Positions 30,490 through 40,005 of a DNA stretch of 64,000 bases are shown here, one piece after another; position 1 is the stretch's first letter; each line of letters opens with the position of its first letter. This stretch comes from a bacterium (GTDB lineage: Bacteria > Patescibacteriota > Minisyncoccia > Phycocordibacterales > PALSA-1337): assembly GCA_025355565.1 (NCBI GenBank), contig JANXZK010000002.1, forward strand, positions 15,238 through 79,237, written 5' to 3'. The notes under the pieces were generated by a model that had not been told where the DNA came from, searched no databases, and saw nothing but the letters and a program-made list of their open reading frames with translations. The position numbers and the translations under genes were made by a program.

Positions 30490-33400
30490 TCATGAAATAC
30501 TGAGCTTCAGTTGTAATCCCCCAACGTTCGAGAAATCGCCAGTGATATTTGCAAAAGAGATGCTCTTTGTCGAAGTCGCCGAAAGAATAGCCCTTTCGTT
30601 CCTCTCGATGAATATACGCCCCTCGCCGCTAGTTTCCACCTTGAGATCGATCTTGTCGCTCACAGTGAGACCTTTTTGTTTGCGCAGATCTTGGATAGCA
30701 CGGACGAGTTCACGAACAGTGCCTTCTTCCTTGAGGGCCGATGTGATGGCTGTGTCCAATGAGACTTTGTAACCACCAGAATCGATGAACAGATGCCCAT
30801 CCTTTTCTGTGATTCCAACATTCGATGGTTCTGTGAACTTGCGTGAGATTACGTTTTTGACATTCAATTTATCCTTGACGATGTCTCTAAAATCATCGGT
30901 GATGTCCACTATCTTTGATCTCGACTTTGCCTTGGCCGTCGAGTTTGATGTAGAACTCATGCTATTGAAACCCAATTCATAAGTCAGACTAGCGAGAGGT
31001 TGGCGTACACCTATCTTCTTGAATGATCTGAGTGACAGAGCAACTTCAACGATCTTTCTGGTCGTCTCCATATCATCTAAAAGTTTCTGATCGAACCTTC
31101 TTACTTTTGGCCAATCCTCCAAATGCACGCTCTCAACCCTACCTCCTTCCGTACCACCACTTTCTCTGTAGAGATATTCTGCGAAAAATGGGGCAAATGG
31201 TGCCATCACTTTTGATAGAGTGATGAGCACATATCGGAGTGTCATCATGGCCTGAGCTTTCCCAACATCCCCGCCATCATGACCGCCCTTAAATCGATCA
31301 CGAGAGCTCTGCAAGTACCACTGAGAAAGATCTGCGACAAAATCCTTGATGGCACGCGACGGTTCCATGAATCTGTATGCGTCTAGATTCGCTGTAACCG
31401 TCCCGACCAATTGATCCAATCGCGCAATGATCCATTTATCCAGGACATTTTGCGATTCAAATCTGCTATTTTGATTTTTAAACTTTCCATTCTCATCGTA
31501 CAGTTTGTAAAATGAAAGCACATTATCAACCATATTGAATACTTTTTTCACCACTTCATCAACAGTTTTTTCTTCAAAATTCTTGGAATCTCCCGGTTGA
31601 TTGACTGAGTACATCCAAAATCGCAGCGCGTCTGCGCCGTATTTATCCATCATCGTGATCGGATTTACGATATTGCCTATAGACTTGCTCATCTTCTTGC
31701 CTTTCTCGTCGAGAAGGTGACCGAGACAGATGACATTCTCATAAGCTCTACCCTTACCCATGATCGTACCGACCGCATGCAACGTGTAAAACCAGCCACG
31801 AGTCTGATCGATCGCTTCTGAGATAAAATCGGCTGGATAATTGGTCTTCTCCACGAATTTCTTGTTCTCAAATGGATAATGATCCTGTGCGAATGGCATA
31901 GAACCAGAATCGAACCAGACATCCATCACTTCCTTGGCACGAGTCATGACACCACCACATTTACATGGCAACTTCACGGCATCGATGAATGGTTTATGCA
32001 GGTCGAGCTCGAAATCAGCATTGTGTGGAAGGATAGAGAAATCTACTGGTCTGACCTCTGCATTTTTTAAGAGGTCTCCAAGATTCGACTCGACACACTG
32101 CGTGTGGTCAAGTCCCCTGGCGGCACCGATCAACATGCCACCGGACAATTCATGCGTCACGATCAGAATCGTTTTACCTTCATATTGTTTGTCTACATCA
32201 TAAATAAAACCGCCCATACGTTTCTTCACGTCTCCCCAGTTCTCGAGACCACCTGGTCTAACTGTAAACCTGTCACCGTTGGTCGAATCTTTGAGGAATT
32301 TATAGAAATCATTGATACTGCGCCCACTCCATGACTTACAATCGATCTCCTGGATGCGTGAATCTTTGATCACATGCCGCTCATCTAGGCCAAGAGTATT
32401 TCTCACCATGTCTGCTGTTTCTAGAGTGCGGATAAATGGCGAAACAATGATCATATCGATGTGTCTTTTTTTGAGAGTTAATGCGGTCTTTTGAACTTGG
32501 ATGCGTCCTTCTGCCGTCAGATGATATGGGTCTCCAGGATCGCTGCTTACAATATCTTTCGTATTATTCTCCGCTTCTCCATGTCGCATGACGAAATATG
32601 TGTTATTTGGCTTTTTCGCAATATCCGCGACAGACCCTACAACCCTCTTCTCATGACAGGTATCACACGTCCACACGGGTAATGGCGTACCCCAATAACG
32701 TTCGCGAGATATCGCCCAATCCTTAACCTCACGCAACCATTCACCAAACCTTCCCTCTTTGATGTGTTCTGGTTCCCAATGGATTTCTTTGTTTTCTCTG
32801 ACGAGTTTCTTGCGGAGTTCTGACATGCGGATATACCAACTGTCCCTCGCGAAATATATGAGCGGAGTATGACATCGCCAACAAAACGGATATGTATGCT
32901 CATATTTTTCCTTCGCGAACAAGAGTCCACGACCCGCGAGATCTTTGATGATCGCGACATCGGTATTCGGATCTTTCACGAATGCGCCCGCGAGGAACCC
33001 AGTCTCCTTCTTGAATGTTCCATCGTCATTCACCAGATGATATTTCGGTAGTCCAACTTTCGTCCCAATCTCAAAGTCATCTTGACCATACATAGGTGCG
33101 AGATGCACTATCCCTGTACCATCTGCCGTCGTGACAAAATCTGCGGCATAAACTTTGAATGCATTCGTGAGCTTTTCGCTTTCAGTGCCTTTTACATTGT
33201 CCTTCAAAAATGGGTAGAGTGGTTCATATGAGAGACCGGCGAGTTCGGAACCTTTGATAGTTTCGATGATCTCCGGATTGTTAAATCTATCTCTCAAAGC
33301 GTCAAACCGATCTTTCGCGAGGATCAAGATCTCGGTTGGTATATCTGCTCGTGCCACTCTGATCTTCACATAGTCGATCTCTTCTCCGATCGCTAGCCCA

Positions 33401-34131
33401 ACATTTCCGGGCAGTGTCCACGGCGTCGTCGTCCAAGCGAGCAACGATATAGGTAAATCCGGATCACTAATTTTCAATCTAAACTTGACATACAAGGAGA
33501 GATCCTTGACCGTCTCATACCCTTGGGCCAACTCATGTGAAGACAATCCCGTGCCACAACGAGGACACCACGGGACAACTTTGTAATCTTTATATAACAG
33601 ATCTTTGTTGTCTGCTTCCTTGATGACATTCCAGACTGATTCGATGAATTTTGGCTTGTAAGTGATATAAGGATCTTTGAGATCTACCCAATAGCCCATG
33701 CGGTTTGTAAAATCCTCCCATTCATGGACATATTTCCAAACACTCTCTTTGCATTTGTCATTGAAAGCGCTGATACCATATGTTTCTATCTCTTTTTTGG
33801 ATTTGAGACCGAGTTCTTTCTCCACCTGCAATTCTACCGGCAATCCATGTGTATCCCAGCCCCCTTTCCTGCGCACATGATATCCACGCATAGTCTTATA
33901 ACGTGGGATAGCATCTTTGAATGCACGGGCTTCGAGATGATGGATACCTGGATGACCATTGGCTGTTGGTGGTCCCTCATAAAAGACGAACTCGCCTTTC
34001 GGAGACTTTTTCGATAGAGATTTCTCGAATATTCCCTGTTCTTTCCAGAATGTCAAAACCTTCTCCTCGCGCTGTGCGTGGGAGGATTTTGGGACATTGT
34101 TCAGCTTTTCACTATTTAAAGTTTTCATCAT
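30490..34131 (-). CDS. ileS: Isoleucyl-tRNA synthetase (type 2) carrying an inserted histidine-phosphatase (PGAM-family) domain
   Basis: PPTANGHPGIHH (HIGH), VPWCPRCGTGLSSHE, WAISRERYWGTPLPVW, DVWFDSG and KMSKSIGN. An insertion of ~190 aa (aa ~508-700, nt ~32034-32610) has RHGEAENN, SPFIRTLETA and ILIVTHELSGG, the histidine-phosphatase signatures. Confidence 0.88.
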   Translation of the reverse strand: MMKTLNSEKLNNVPKSSHAQREEKVLTFWKEQGIFEKSLSKKSPKGEFVFYEGPPTANGHPGIHHLEARAFKDAIPRYKTMRGYHVRRKGGWDTHGLPVELQVEKELGLKSKKEIETYGISAFNDKCKESVWKYVHEWEDFTNRMGYWVDLKDPYITYKPKFIESVWNVIKEADNKDLLYKDYKVVPWCPRCGTGLSSHELAQGYETVKDLSLYVKFRLKISDPDLPISLLAWTTTPWTLPGNVGLAIGEEIDYVKIRVARADIPTEILILAKDRFDALRDRFNNPEIIETIKGSELAGLSYEPLYPFLKDNVKGTESEKLTNAFKVYAADFVTTADGTGIVHLAPMYGQDDFEIGTKVGLPKYHLVNDDGTFKKETGFLAGAFVKDPNTDVAIIKDLAGRGLLFAKEKYEHTYPFCWRCHTPLIYFARDSWYIRMSELRKKLVRENKEIHWEPEHIKEGRFGEWLREVKDWAISRERYWGTPLPVWTCDTCHEKRVVGSVADIAKKPNNTYFVMRHGEAENNTKDIVSSDPGDPYHLTAEGRIQVQKTALTLKKRHIDMIIVSPFIRTLETADMVRNTLGLDERHVIKDSRIQEIDCKSWSGRSINDFYKFLKDSTNGDRFTVRPGGLENWGDVKKRMGGFIYDVDKQYEGKTILIVTHELSGGMLIGAARGLDHTQCVESNLGDLLKNAEVRPVDFSILPHNADFELDLHKPFIDAVKLPCKCGGVMTRAKEVMDVWFDSGSMPFAQDHYPFENKKFVEKTNYPADFISEAIDQTRGWFYTLHAVGTIMGKGRAYENVICLGHLLDEKGKKMSKSIGNIVNPITMMDKYGADALRFWMYSVNQPGDSKNFEEKTVDEVVKKVFNMVDNVLSFYKLYDENGKFKNQNSRFESQNVLDKWIIARLDQLVGTVTANLDAYRFMEPSRAIKDFVADLSQWYLQSSRDRFKGGHDGGDVGKAQAMMTLRYVLITLSKVMAPFAPFFAEYLYRESGGTEGGRVESVHLEDWPKVRRFDQKLLDDMETTRKIVEVALSLRSFKKIGVRQPLASLTYELGFNSMSSTSNSTAKAKSRSKIVDITDDFRDIVKDKLNVKNVISRKFTEPSNVGITEKDGHLFIDSGGYKVSLDTAITSALKEEGTVRELVRAIQDLRKQKGLTVSDKIDLKVETSGEGRIFIERNERAILSATSTKSISFANITGDFSNVGGLQLKLSIS

Positions 34132-34213
34132 GATTCCATATTACTCTATGTCGCCTTAGCTTGACAACAACTCCCGAACTGCTATAATTGTCTCATAACC
34201 ACGAAAAAGACCC

Positions 34214-34741
34214 TTACGAGGTTTCGTCCCCGTCGGGGGCTTTTTCTTTTTGGGCCTTTAATATGTTTTTTTGATCATTTATATAAGAGATAGCGGCCTT
34301 TGTCCTCTTTAATAAAATTGAACATTTTTTCTCTGGAGCCGGAGACAATATAACCCCCAATTTTCCTCTCTCCATTAAAAATCTTACCGTGCTAGCATAG
34401 TCACCGTCACTCGATACGATGATCGCCTTATCGAATGCGTTCTCGTATGCATCCTGTACCACTTTCAAGACAAGATCGGTATCACAATTACCTTTGATCT
34501 TACCTTCGGCATCATATACAACTTCCTTAAATATCAGTGTGAAGCCAGCCTCTTGAAGATCCGTATACAGATCTTTGTACTTTGGGATAAGCCCTATGAA
34601 TATATATGCCTTACTTACATGGTATTTTTCCTTCAACCAGACTCTGAATCTCTTATAATCCATACTCCATCGCAAACGCTTTACACCTCTATGCAAATTT
34701 GCTGCATCTATATAAGCATGATTTTTTTTCATTTTTTCCAT
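34214..34741 (-). CDS. NYN-domain (LabA-like) protein
   Basis: YIDAANL...IFIGL...NCDTDLVLKVVQDAYENAFDKAIIVSSDGDYASTVRFL matches PF01936 NYN. The gene is AT-rich. Confidence 0.7.
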   Translation of the reverse strand: MEKMKKNHAYIDAANLHRGVKRLRWSMDYKRFRVWLKEKYHVSKAYIFIGLIPKYKDLYTDLQEAGFTLIFKEVVYDAEGKIKGNCDTDLVLKVVQDAYENAFDKAIIVSSDGDYASTVRFLMERGKLGVILSPAPEKKCSILLKRTKAAISYINDQKNILKAQKEKAPDGDETS

Positions 34742-34789
34742 GATTTGTAGGCCTATTCTAGCACTTCTTAGGGATTTGGGAATAAAAAA

Positions 34790-36577
34790 CTACATCCTCT
34801 TTGGCACCTTTATCCCGAGTAGCCACAACCCCTGAGTCATCACCCGCAAGAATACTTTGGTCAATTGCACCCTGTATGCAGACAATGGATCTTTCTCATC
34901 GACAATAGTTTGGTTGGCATAGAAGGCGTTGAAAGCGCCTGCGAGCGCGATCAAGTAATTCGCCACTATTTGTGGTGCGTATTCGGTCTGTGCGCGTAGA
35001 GCGACATCATCGAAACGGACGACCAGCTTTTCGAGTAGTCCAACTTTCTCTGGCAGTTTAGAAGTTGCGAATGGAAGGACTTTAAAGATTTGATGGCTGT
35101 TTGAAATCTCGCCCGCTTTTTCCAATATCGATTGCGCCCTCACCGCAGAATATTGCAAATATGGTCCGGAATCACCTTCGAATGAAATAGATGTGGCGGA
35201 ATCAAAAACAACATTGCCACCGATCGCCTGTCGCAAAATAGTATACTTGATGGCACCGACAGCGATGATCTCGGCGATCTCCTCTGACTCGTCCGGGCCG
35301 AATTTCCTATCAGCGATCTTTTCCATGACCATCTTCTCCATGTCACCCATGAGCGCATCGGCCGTAACGACATTTCCTGTCCTCGAAGACATCTTGCCCT
35401 CTTTGAACCTGATCATGCCATGGCCCACATGCATAGTCTTTGCTCCATTCTTTTCATCGATCTCTAAAAGAACTTTGGCGAGGACTTTGAAGTAGTCATT
35501 CTGTTCGTTAGCAGTGACGATGATCGAGCTCGACGCATCCGGATATTTCTCGAACTTCGTCATATTCAGACCGACATCCTTCGTCTCATATGTCGGCAAT
35601 CCACGAGAATTGATGAAAACCCGTGTATGCAGACCAAATTCTTCACCCTTGAACACGATCGCGCCATCGCTCTCTTCGAAAACCCCTCCCTTCTCCTTAA
35701 TATTTTCCTTCACCACCTTTAGCCCCACTGGCGCCATCTCGCTTTCAAAGATCTGCTCATCAAACTTCGTACCTAGCAACTCGTACAGCATGTCAAAGTG
35801 GTCGAGACTCCATTGTCTCCCTTTATCGTAAAGATCATTCACCGCGTCATCAGACCTGTCATATATCGCTTGATTCAATTCATCTATCTCATTCTTTACC
35901 AATGGATCCTCGTCATACTTCTTCGTGCCTTCCACATACATCTTTCCCAAAAATGCTGTCCTCTCATCGATGGCTGCCGCTTCGGAAGGGATTTCCCTCA
36001 AGTGTTGCTGCATCGCCCAGATGGACTTTGCGATGTGCAAGCCGATATCAGATGGGTAACAGATACGCACTACAGATGCGCCCGAATTTTCGATCAATCG
36101 TGAAAGTGATTCCCCGATAGTGTTCGACATGATGTGACCGACATGAAAAGCTTTGAACGTATTCGGGTCTGTGTATTCGATGAGAACCGTCTTCCGACCT
36201 GCCTGTTTTCCCCCTTCATTCCCACTTCTCTGCTTCGCCGCTTCGCCCTGCTGGACACCTCCTCCATTCTCCACTTTCATGATCTCTTTCGCGAACACTT
36301 CGTCCTTCAATTTGAAATTGATAAATCCAGGGCCAGCGACAGAAATGTGAGATATTGATTGGCTGATCATCTCATCGTTCCCCTTCTTGAGCAATTCAAT
36401 GAACTTTTCCGCCAATTGTTTTGGGGACATCTCTAACTGCTTGGCATAAACCATCGCCACATTCGTGGAAAAATCCCCGTGCTCAGGGTTCTCTGGGTAA
36501 TCGATCTTTGCTTCGGGTTTCGCGATCCCGAGGTTTAGTAGCACTTTCTCTAATGCGTCAATGAGTTGTTGTTTCAT
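34790..36577 (-). CDS. argS: Arginyl-tRNA synthetase
   Basis: N-terminal Add-1 domain, HVGHIMSNTIGESLSRL (HIGH), and the C-terminal DALR/anticodon-binding domain ending ...LLGIKVPKRM. Confidence 0.9.
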   Translation of the reverse strand: MKQQLIDALEKVLLNLGIAKPEAKIDYPENPEHGDFSTNVAMVYAKQLEMSPKQLAEKFIELLKKGNDEMISQSISHISVAGPGFINFKLKDEVFAKEIMKVENGGGVQQGEAAKQRSGNEGGKQAGRKTVLIEYTDPNTFKAFHVGHIMSNTIGESLSRLIENSGASVVRICYPSDIGLHIAKSIWAMQQHLREIPSEAAAIDERTAFLGKMYVEGTKKYDEDPLVKNEIDELNQAIYDRSDDAVNDLYDKGRQWSLDHFDMLYELLGTKFDEQIFESEMAPVGLKVVKENIKEKGGVFEESDGAIVFKGEEFGLHTRVFINSRGLPTYETKDVGLNMTKFEKYPDASSSIIVTANEQNDYFKVLAKVLLEIDEKNGAKTMHVGHGMIRFKEGKMSSRTGNVVTADALMGDMEKMVMEKIADRKFGPDESEEIAEIIAVGAIKYTILRQAIGGNVVFDSATSISFEGDSGPYLQYSAVRAQSILEKAGEISNSHQIFKVLPFATSKLPEKVGLLEKLVVRFDDVALRAQTEYAPQIVANYLIALAGAFNAFYANQTIVDEKDPLSAYRVQLTKVFLRVMTQGLWLLGIKVPKRM

Positions 36578-36631
36578 GGGTCAATACTAACAGAGATGAG
36601 CAAAGAGTGCGACAAAGTCGATTCCGACCAA

Positions 36632-36677
36632 TAAAAAAGCCGGTTAGCACACCGAGCTGTGTTGTCTGTGCTAACCG
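36632..36677 (-). terminator. Putative Rho-independent terminator (minus strand) in the glyA-argS intergenic region
   Basis: On the minus strand: CGGTTAGCAC-(17-nt loop)-GTGCTAACCG followed by cttttttatt, a 10-bp perfect stem. Confidence 0.45.
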
Positions 36678-36883
36678 ACCGAATTGGACCGACACCAAAT
36701 GTTAATACAGAACAGTCCCCGTAAAAGCAGGAGTCAGAAGAACCAATAGTTGATTCTCGAGCTTCATCTTCGCAAGTCCTTTCTTCTTTAACCGGAATTG
36801 ATATGTGTGACGCATAATGAGAGGGTTGCTGTTTCCAACCCTCCCTTCAACCAGAAAAACAAAACAACTATTCAAATATTAGT

Positions 36884-38137
36884 TTATGCTTCCTTCAAAA
36901 TTTTGTCAATCTTCTCAGCGATCTTTTTGAAATCTCTCTCCTTCTTTCCCCGCGTCGTCTCAGCGGCAGTTCCTAGTCTGATACCTGACGGATCAAATGG
37001 CGGTCTCGTATCAAATGGTATGGCATTTTTATTCACGATGATGCCATCCTTCTCTAACTTTTCACTGGCATCTTTACCGGAGACAGCGCCCGCTCCGAGA
37101 GAATTCTTGACCCCGCCTTGCCACGTGTCAATAAGGACGAGATGACTATCTGTCCCATTTGAAATAATCCTCCAGCCGCGCTTCATGAGTTCGTTAGCTA
37201 ATGTTGCGGCATTTTTTATAACTTGTCTTGCGTATTTTTTAAATTTAGGTTGAATAGCCTCTCTCAGTGCCACGGCAACCGCCGCGACCTGATTCATATG
37301 TGGCCCTCCCTGAAGCCCTGGGAAAACCGCCTTGTCTATCTTTTTATCCAATTCACGAGTATCGCGTTTTACGAAAATGAGCGCCGCGCGTGGACCACGG
37401 AGAGTTTTGTGCGTTGTTGTCGTAACGATATCGGCAAATGGGAATGGTGATGGATACACTCCGCCAGCGACTAGTCCGGCGATGTGCGACATATCAACCA
37501 TCAGTATCGATCCTGCAGCATCAGCCACTTCCCTCATCCGAACCCAATCGATGATCCTCGGATAAGCAGTGTAACCGCAGACGATGATCGCTGGCTTCTC
37601 TCTGACCGCCGTTTCTCGCAATTGGTCATAATCCAAAACCTCCGTCGTCTTGTCGACACCATAAGGAACTTGCGTCCAGAATTTTCCTGAAGCAGTGACT
37701 TTCTGACCGTGAGTGAGGTGACCGCCTTGATCCAAAGACATACCCATGATCTTTGGAGCAGCGATCGTTGTCGGCGGGACAGATTTGTCCGCTGATGGCA
37801 CAGACTTCACATGCGTCGCTCCTAACACCCCGAGATATACTGCCAGATTCGCTGGTGAACCGGAGAGAGCTTGAACGTTCACGTGCCAGTCAGTCATGTT
37901 GAGCCCAAACAGCTTCAGTGCCCTCTCTTTGCAGAGCTCTTCGATCTTGTCAACGATCTCGTTGCCACCGTAATATCGCTTGCCGGGATAACCCTCCGCG
38001 TACTTGTTCGTCAATTCAGAACCGAGAGCGTCCAAGACATCATCGGAAACATAATTCTCCGAAGCGATCAGGTTTATAACTTTTTTTTGACGTTTCTGTT
38101 CTGCGCCGATCAGTTTCTTTATTTGTATATCTTTCAT
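36884..38137 (-). CDS. glyA: Serine hydroxymethyltransferase
   Basis: LIASENYVSDDVLDALGSELTNKYAEGYPGKRYYGG and the PLP-binding region ...TTTTHKTLRGPR. A start at 38173 is also possible. Confidence 0.9.
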   Translation of the reverse strand: MKDIQIKKLIGAEQKRQKKVINLIASENYVSDDVLDALGSELTNKYAEGYPGKRYYGGNEIVDKIEELCKERALKLFGLNMTDWHVNVQALSGSPANLAVYLGVLGATHVKSVPSADKSVPPTTIAAPKIMGMSLDQGGHLTHGQKVTASGKFWTQVPYGVDKTTEVLDYDQLRETAVREKPAIIVCGYTAYPRIIDWVRMREVADAAGSILMVDMSHIAGLVAGGVYPSPFPFADIVTTTTHKTLRGPRAALIFVKRDTRELDKKIDKAVFPGLQGGPHMNQVAAVAVALREAIQPKFKKYARQVIKNAATLANELMKRGWRIISNGTDSHLVLIDTWQGGVKNSLGAGAVSGKDASEKLEKDGIIVNKNAIPFDTRPPFDPSGIRLGTAAETTRGKKERDFKKIAEKIDKILKEA

Positions 38138-38236
38138 GGATATATCGTAGCATATTTCATTGATAAATCTCATTGTTGAATAGCCCCCTACACCTCACCC
38201 CCGAACGACCGAGCATTCTTTCTTAGCAAGATATTA

Positions 38237-38274
38237 ATAAAAAAGTTCCCGTTGCACCCGATGCGCAACGGGAA
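38237..38274 (-). terminator. Putative Rho-independent terminator (minus strand) upstream of glyA
   Basis: On the minus strand: TTCCCGTTGC-(loop)-GCAACGGGAA followed by cttttttatt. Confidence 0.45.
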
Positions 38275-38563
38275 CCGAACCATGAACTCCGAACCACACC
38301 ACTATGAAAAGTCCTCGTAAACCGAGCCACGAACAGCGTAGCTCCCTTCCCCGAGAACCAGAGGAAGGAAAAGCGAAAATGCTACAAAAAGACAAAGAGC
38401 TGCGCTGTCCGACGTCGCACCAGCCGAAAGGCTAGAGAAGGCGACGACGTCGGACACACGCATCTGGCGACCGTGATGGAAAGATGAACACCGTAAAAAC
38501 TGTAAAATAGCGATAGCGCCGCTCTGTCATTACTCTGTCATGAGACTACTCCTACCTGATCAT

Positions 38564-39256
38564 TTATGCAAGCGAGTTATGCACAAGCTCCATAACCATA
38601 CTGTGGATAACTTCTGGGCACATCAACTTCCCTTTTTTGTCACAACAGTCGATGCGTTTCCAATCTCTTCTCGCCTTGGTGAGACTTATATATGTCTTGA
38701 CGACATCGATCTGAAATCGTTGATCCCTCTCATGTTGATCGCGAGCGCCGTTCTTCTTGCCGAGATATCCACGGCTCGATTTCTTTTTTACGAGTTGTTT
38801 CGAGTATTTCGGCGGCACATAGAGATACACGACTAGCTCCGGACGAGGCAGACCGATCTCGTCATATTCGGCATGCTCGAGAAACTCGATGAATCGTTTC
38901 CTCGCCGCACCTCGGAATTTTGTCGCCTGAAAAGCTGTATTACTCGATGTGTATCGATTGCAAATGACGACCCCATCTCTCAGGGCATCGTAGAGAGCTA
39001 CCTTGGCCATCGCCCGATCGAGCATGTATGGAAGCGAAGACATATATGGAGACATATGACGAAAATCACCAAAGTCACCTTTCAATGCCCGACCTGTCAA
39101 CGCACCAAAGAATGAATCCTCATAACGAGGAAAATCGAAATATGTCGTCTTCACTCCCAGTTTTTCCAGAGCTTCTAGCAAAAGTTTCGCCTGCGTGGCC
39201 TTGCCCGCACCGTCACCACCTTCAACGACGATCAGTTTGTTGTGAATATTTTTCAT
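38564..39256 (-). CDS. tmk: Thymidylate kinase (eukaryote-like type)
   Basis: P-loop IVVEGGDGAGKATQ, FPRYEDSFFG, and CNRYTSSNTAFQATKF...GLPRPELVVYLYVPP. These align with eukaryotic-type TMPK. The longer ORF begins at 39271. Confidence 0.75.
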   Translation of the reverse strand: MKNIHNKLIVVEGGDGAGKATQAKLLLEALEKLGVKTTYFDFPRYEDSFFGALTGRALKGDFGDFRHMSPYMSSLPYMLDRAMAKVALYDALRDGVVICNRYTSSNTAFQATKFRGAARKRFIEFLEHAEYDEIGLPRPELVVYLYVPPKYSKQLVKKKSSRGYLGKKNGARDQHERDQRFQIDVVKTYISLTKARRDWKRIDCCDKKGKLMCPEVIHSMVMELVHNSLA

Positions 39257-39370
39257 ATTTGTTTTTTGCAACTACTTTCTACATTTACAATACAAGAATT
39301 CTCTTATTTATTCAAAATATTAGATGGTGACAACCTGTTGATAATTTCCCGCATGTCCCCAATACCTCAT

Positions 39371-39853
39371 CTACCTCTTCGCCTCAAATAACTCCAATGC
39401 CCCTTCGACCAGGAAGACCCTATCTATACCTGCGGCTATCATATTATCCCAACACTGCTCGCAACACCACCAATGACCATAGAGATACAGATCGGCCCCA
39501 ACAACATTCCCTTTTTCGGTCTTCTTTATCGCATCCTTACATGCTCGCGACTCAGCATGCTGTTCACACGACGCGCAGCCTGGACACAGCCAATACTTCT
39601 GACCTGAAGGGATTTTCAAAAACCGACGCACGCAAAACTTCGTCCTATGAAATTCGAGCAGTCTTTTGTTCCGTAGTGCCGACTGATTGGCACCACGACC
39701 AATAACCATACCGTCCTTAACAACAACAGCGCCTGTTGGATGTTGCATGTCAGTTGATTCTTCATTTCGGAGTCTCATCGCCTCCTTCATAAATACATTT
39801 TCGACGGAGACATAGTTTATCGTCCTCCCTTCTGGTAGATATGGATATTGCAT
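39371..39853 (-). CDS. dCMP/cytidine deaminase family zinc-binding protein
   Basis: CPGCASCEQHAE ... YLYGHWWCCEQC zinc-ligand motifs of the CDA fold. Confidence 0.65.
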   Translation of the reverse strand: MQYPYLPEGRTINYVSVENVFMKEAMRLRNEESTDMQHPTGAVVVKDGMVIGRGANQSALRNKRLLEFHRTKFCVRRFLKIPSGQKYWLCPGCASCEQHAESRACKDAIKKTEKGNVVGADLYLYGHWWCCEQCWDNMIAAGIDRVFLVEGALELFEAKR

Positions 39854-40005
39854 GGTTGTATCTATGAGATCGAAATATGTTGCTCTGAGAGAACGTCTAC
39901 AACATGTTTCGATCTTGATTCCAATTATGATGACTATTAAAAACTACATTCCAATCTTTGTAAATACTATAAACAATCCTCGTAATTATATATAATAAAC
40001 GCACC

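Noticed and set aside
34221-34252. Plus-strand terminator-like CCCCgtcGGGG + T-run between ileS and the NYN gene
   Set aside because: The stem is only 4 bp with a 3-nt loop, and it overlaps the 3' end of the NYN coding sequence. There is no plus-strand gene upstream to terminate.
36578-36883. T-box leader upstream of argS
   Set aside because: The terminator-like hairpin just upstream of an aaRS gene suggested a T-box. However, I find no AGGGUGGNACCGCG T-box consensus or specifier-loop architecture.
38290-38560. tmRNA / RNase P RNA / SRP RNA assignment for the structured intergenic region
   Set aside because: GAAAAGTCC and GGAAGGAAA fragments resemble RNase P P4 and SRP helix-8 sequences, but the required partner strands and other conserved motifs are not found. 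No tRNA-like 3' end or tag-peptide ORF for tmRNA is present. I left it as an unclassified candidate ncRNA.
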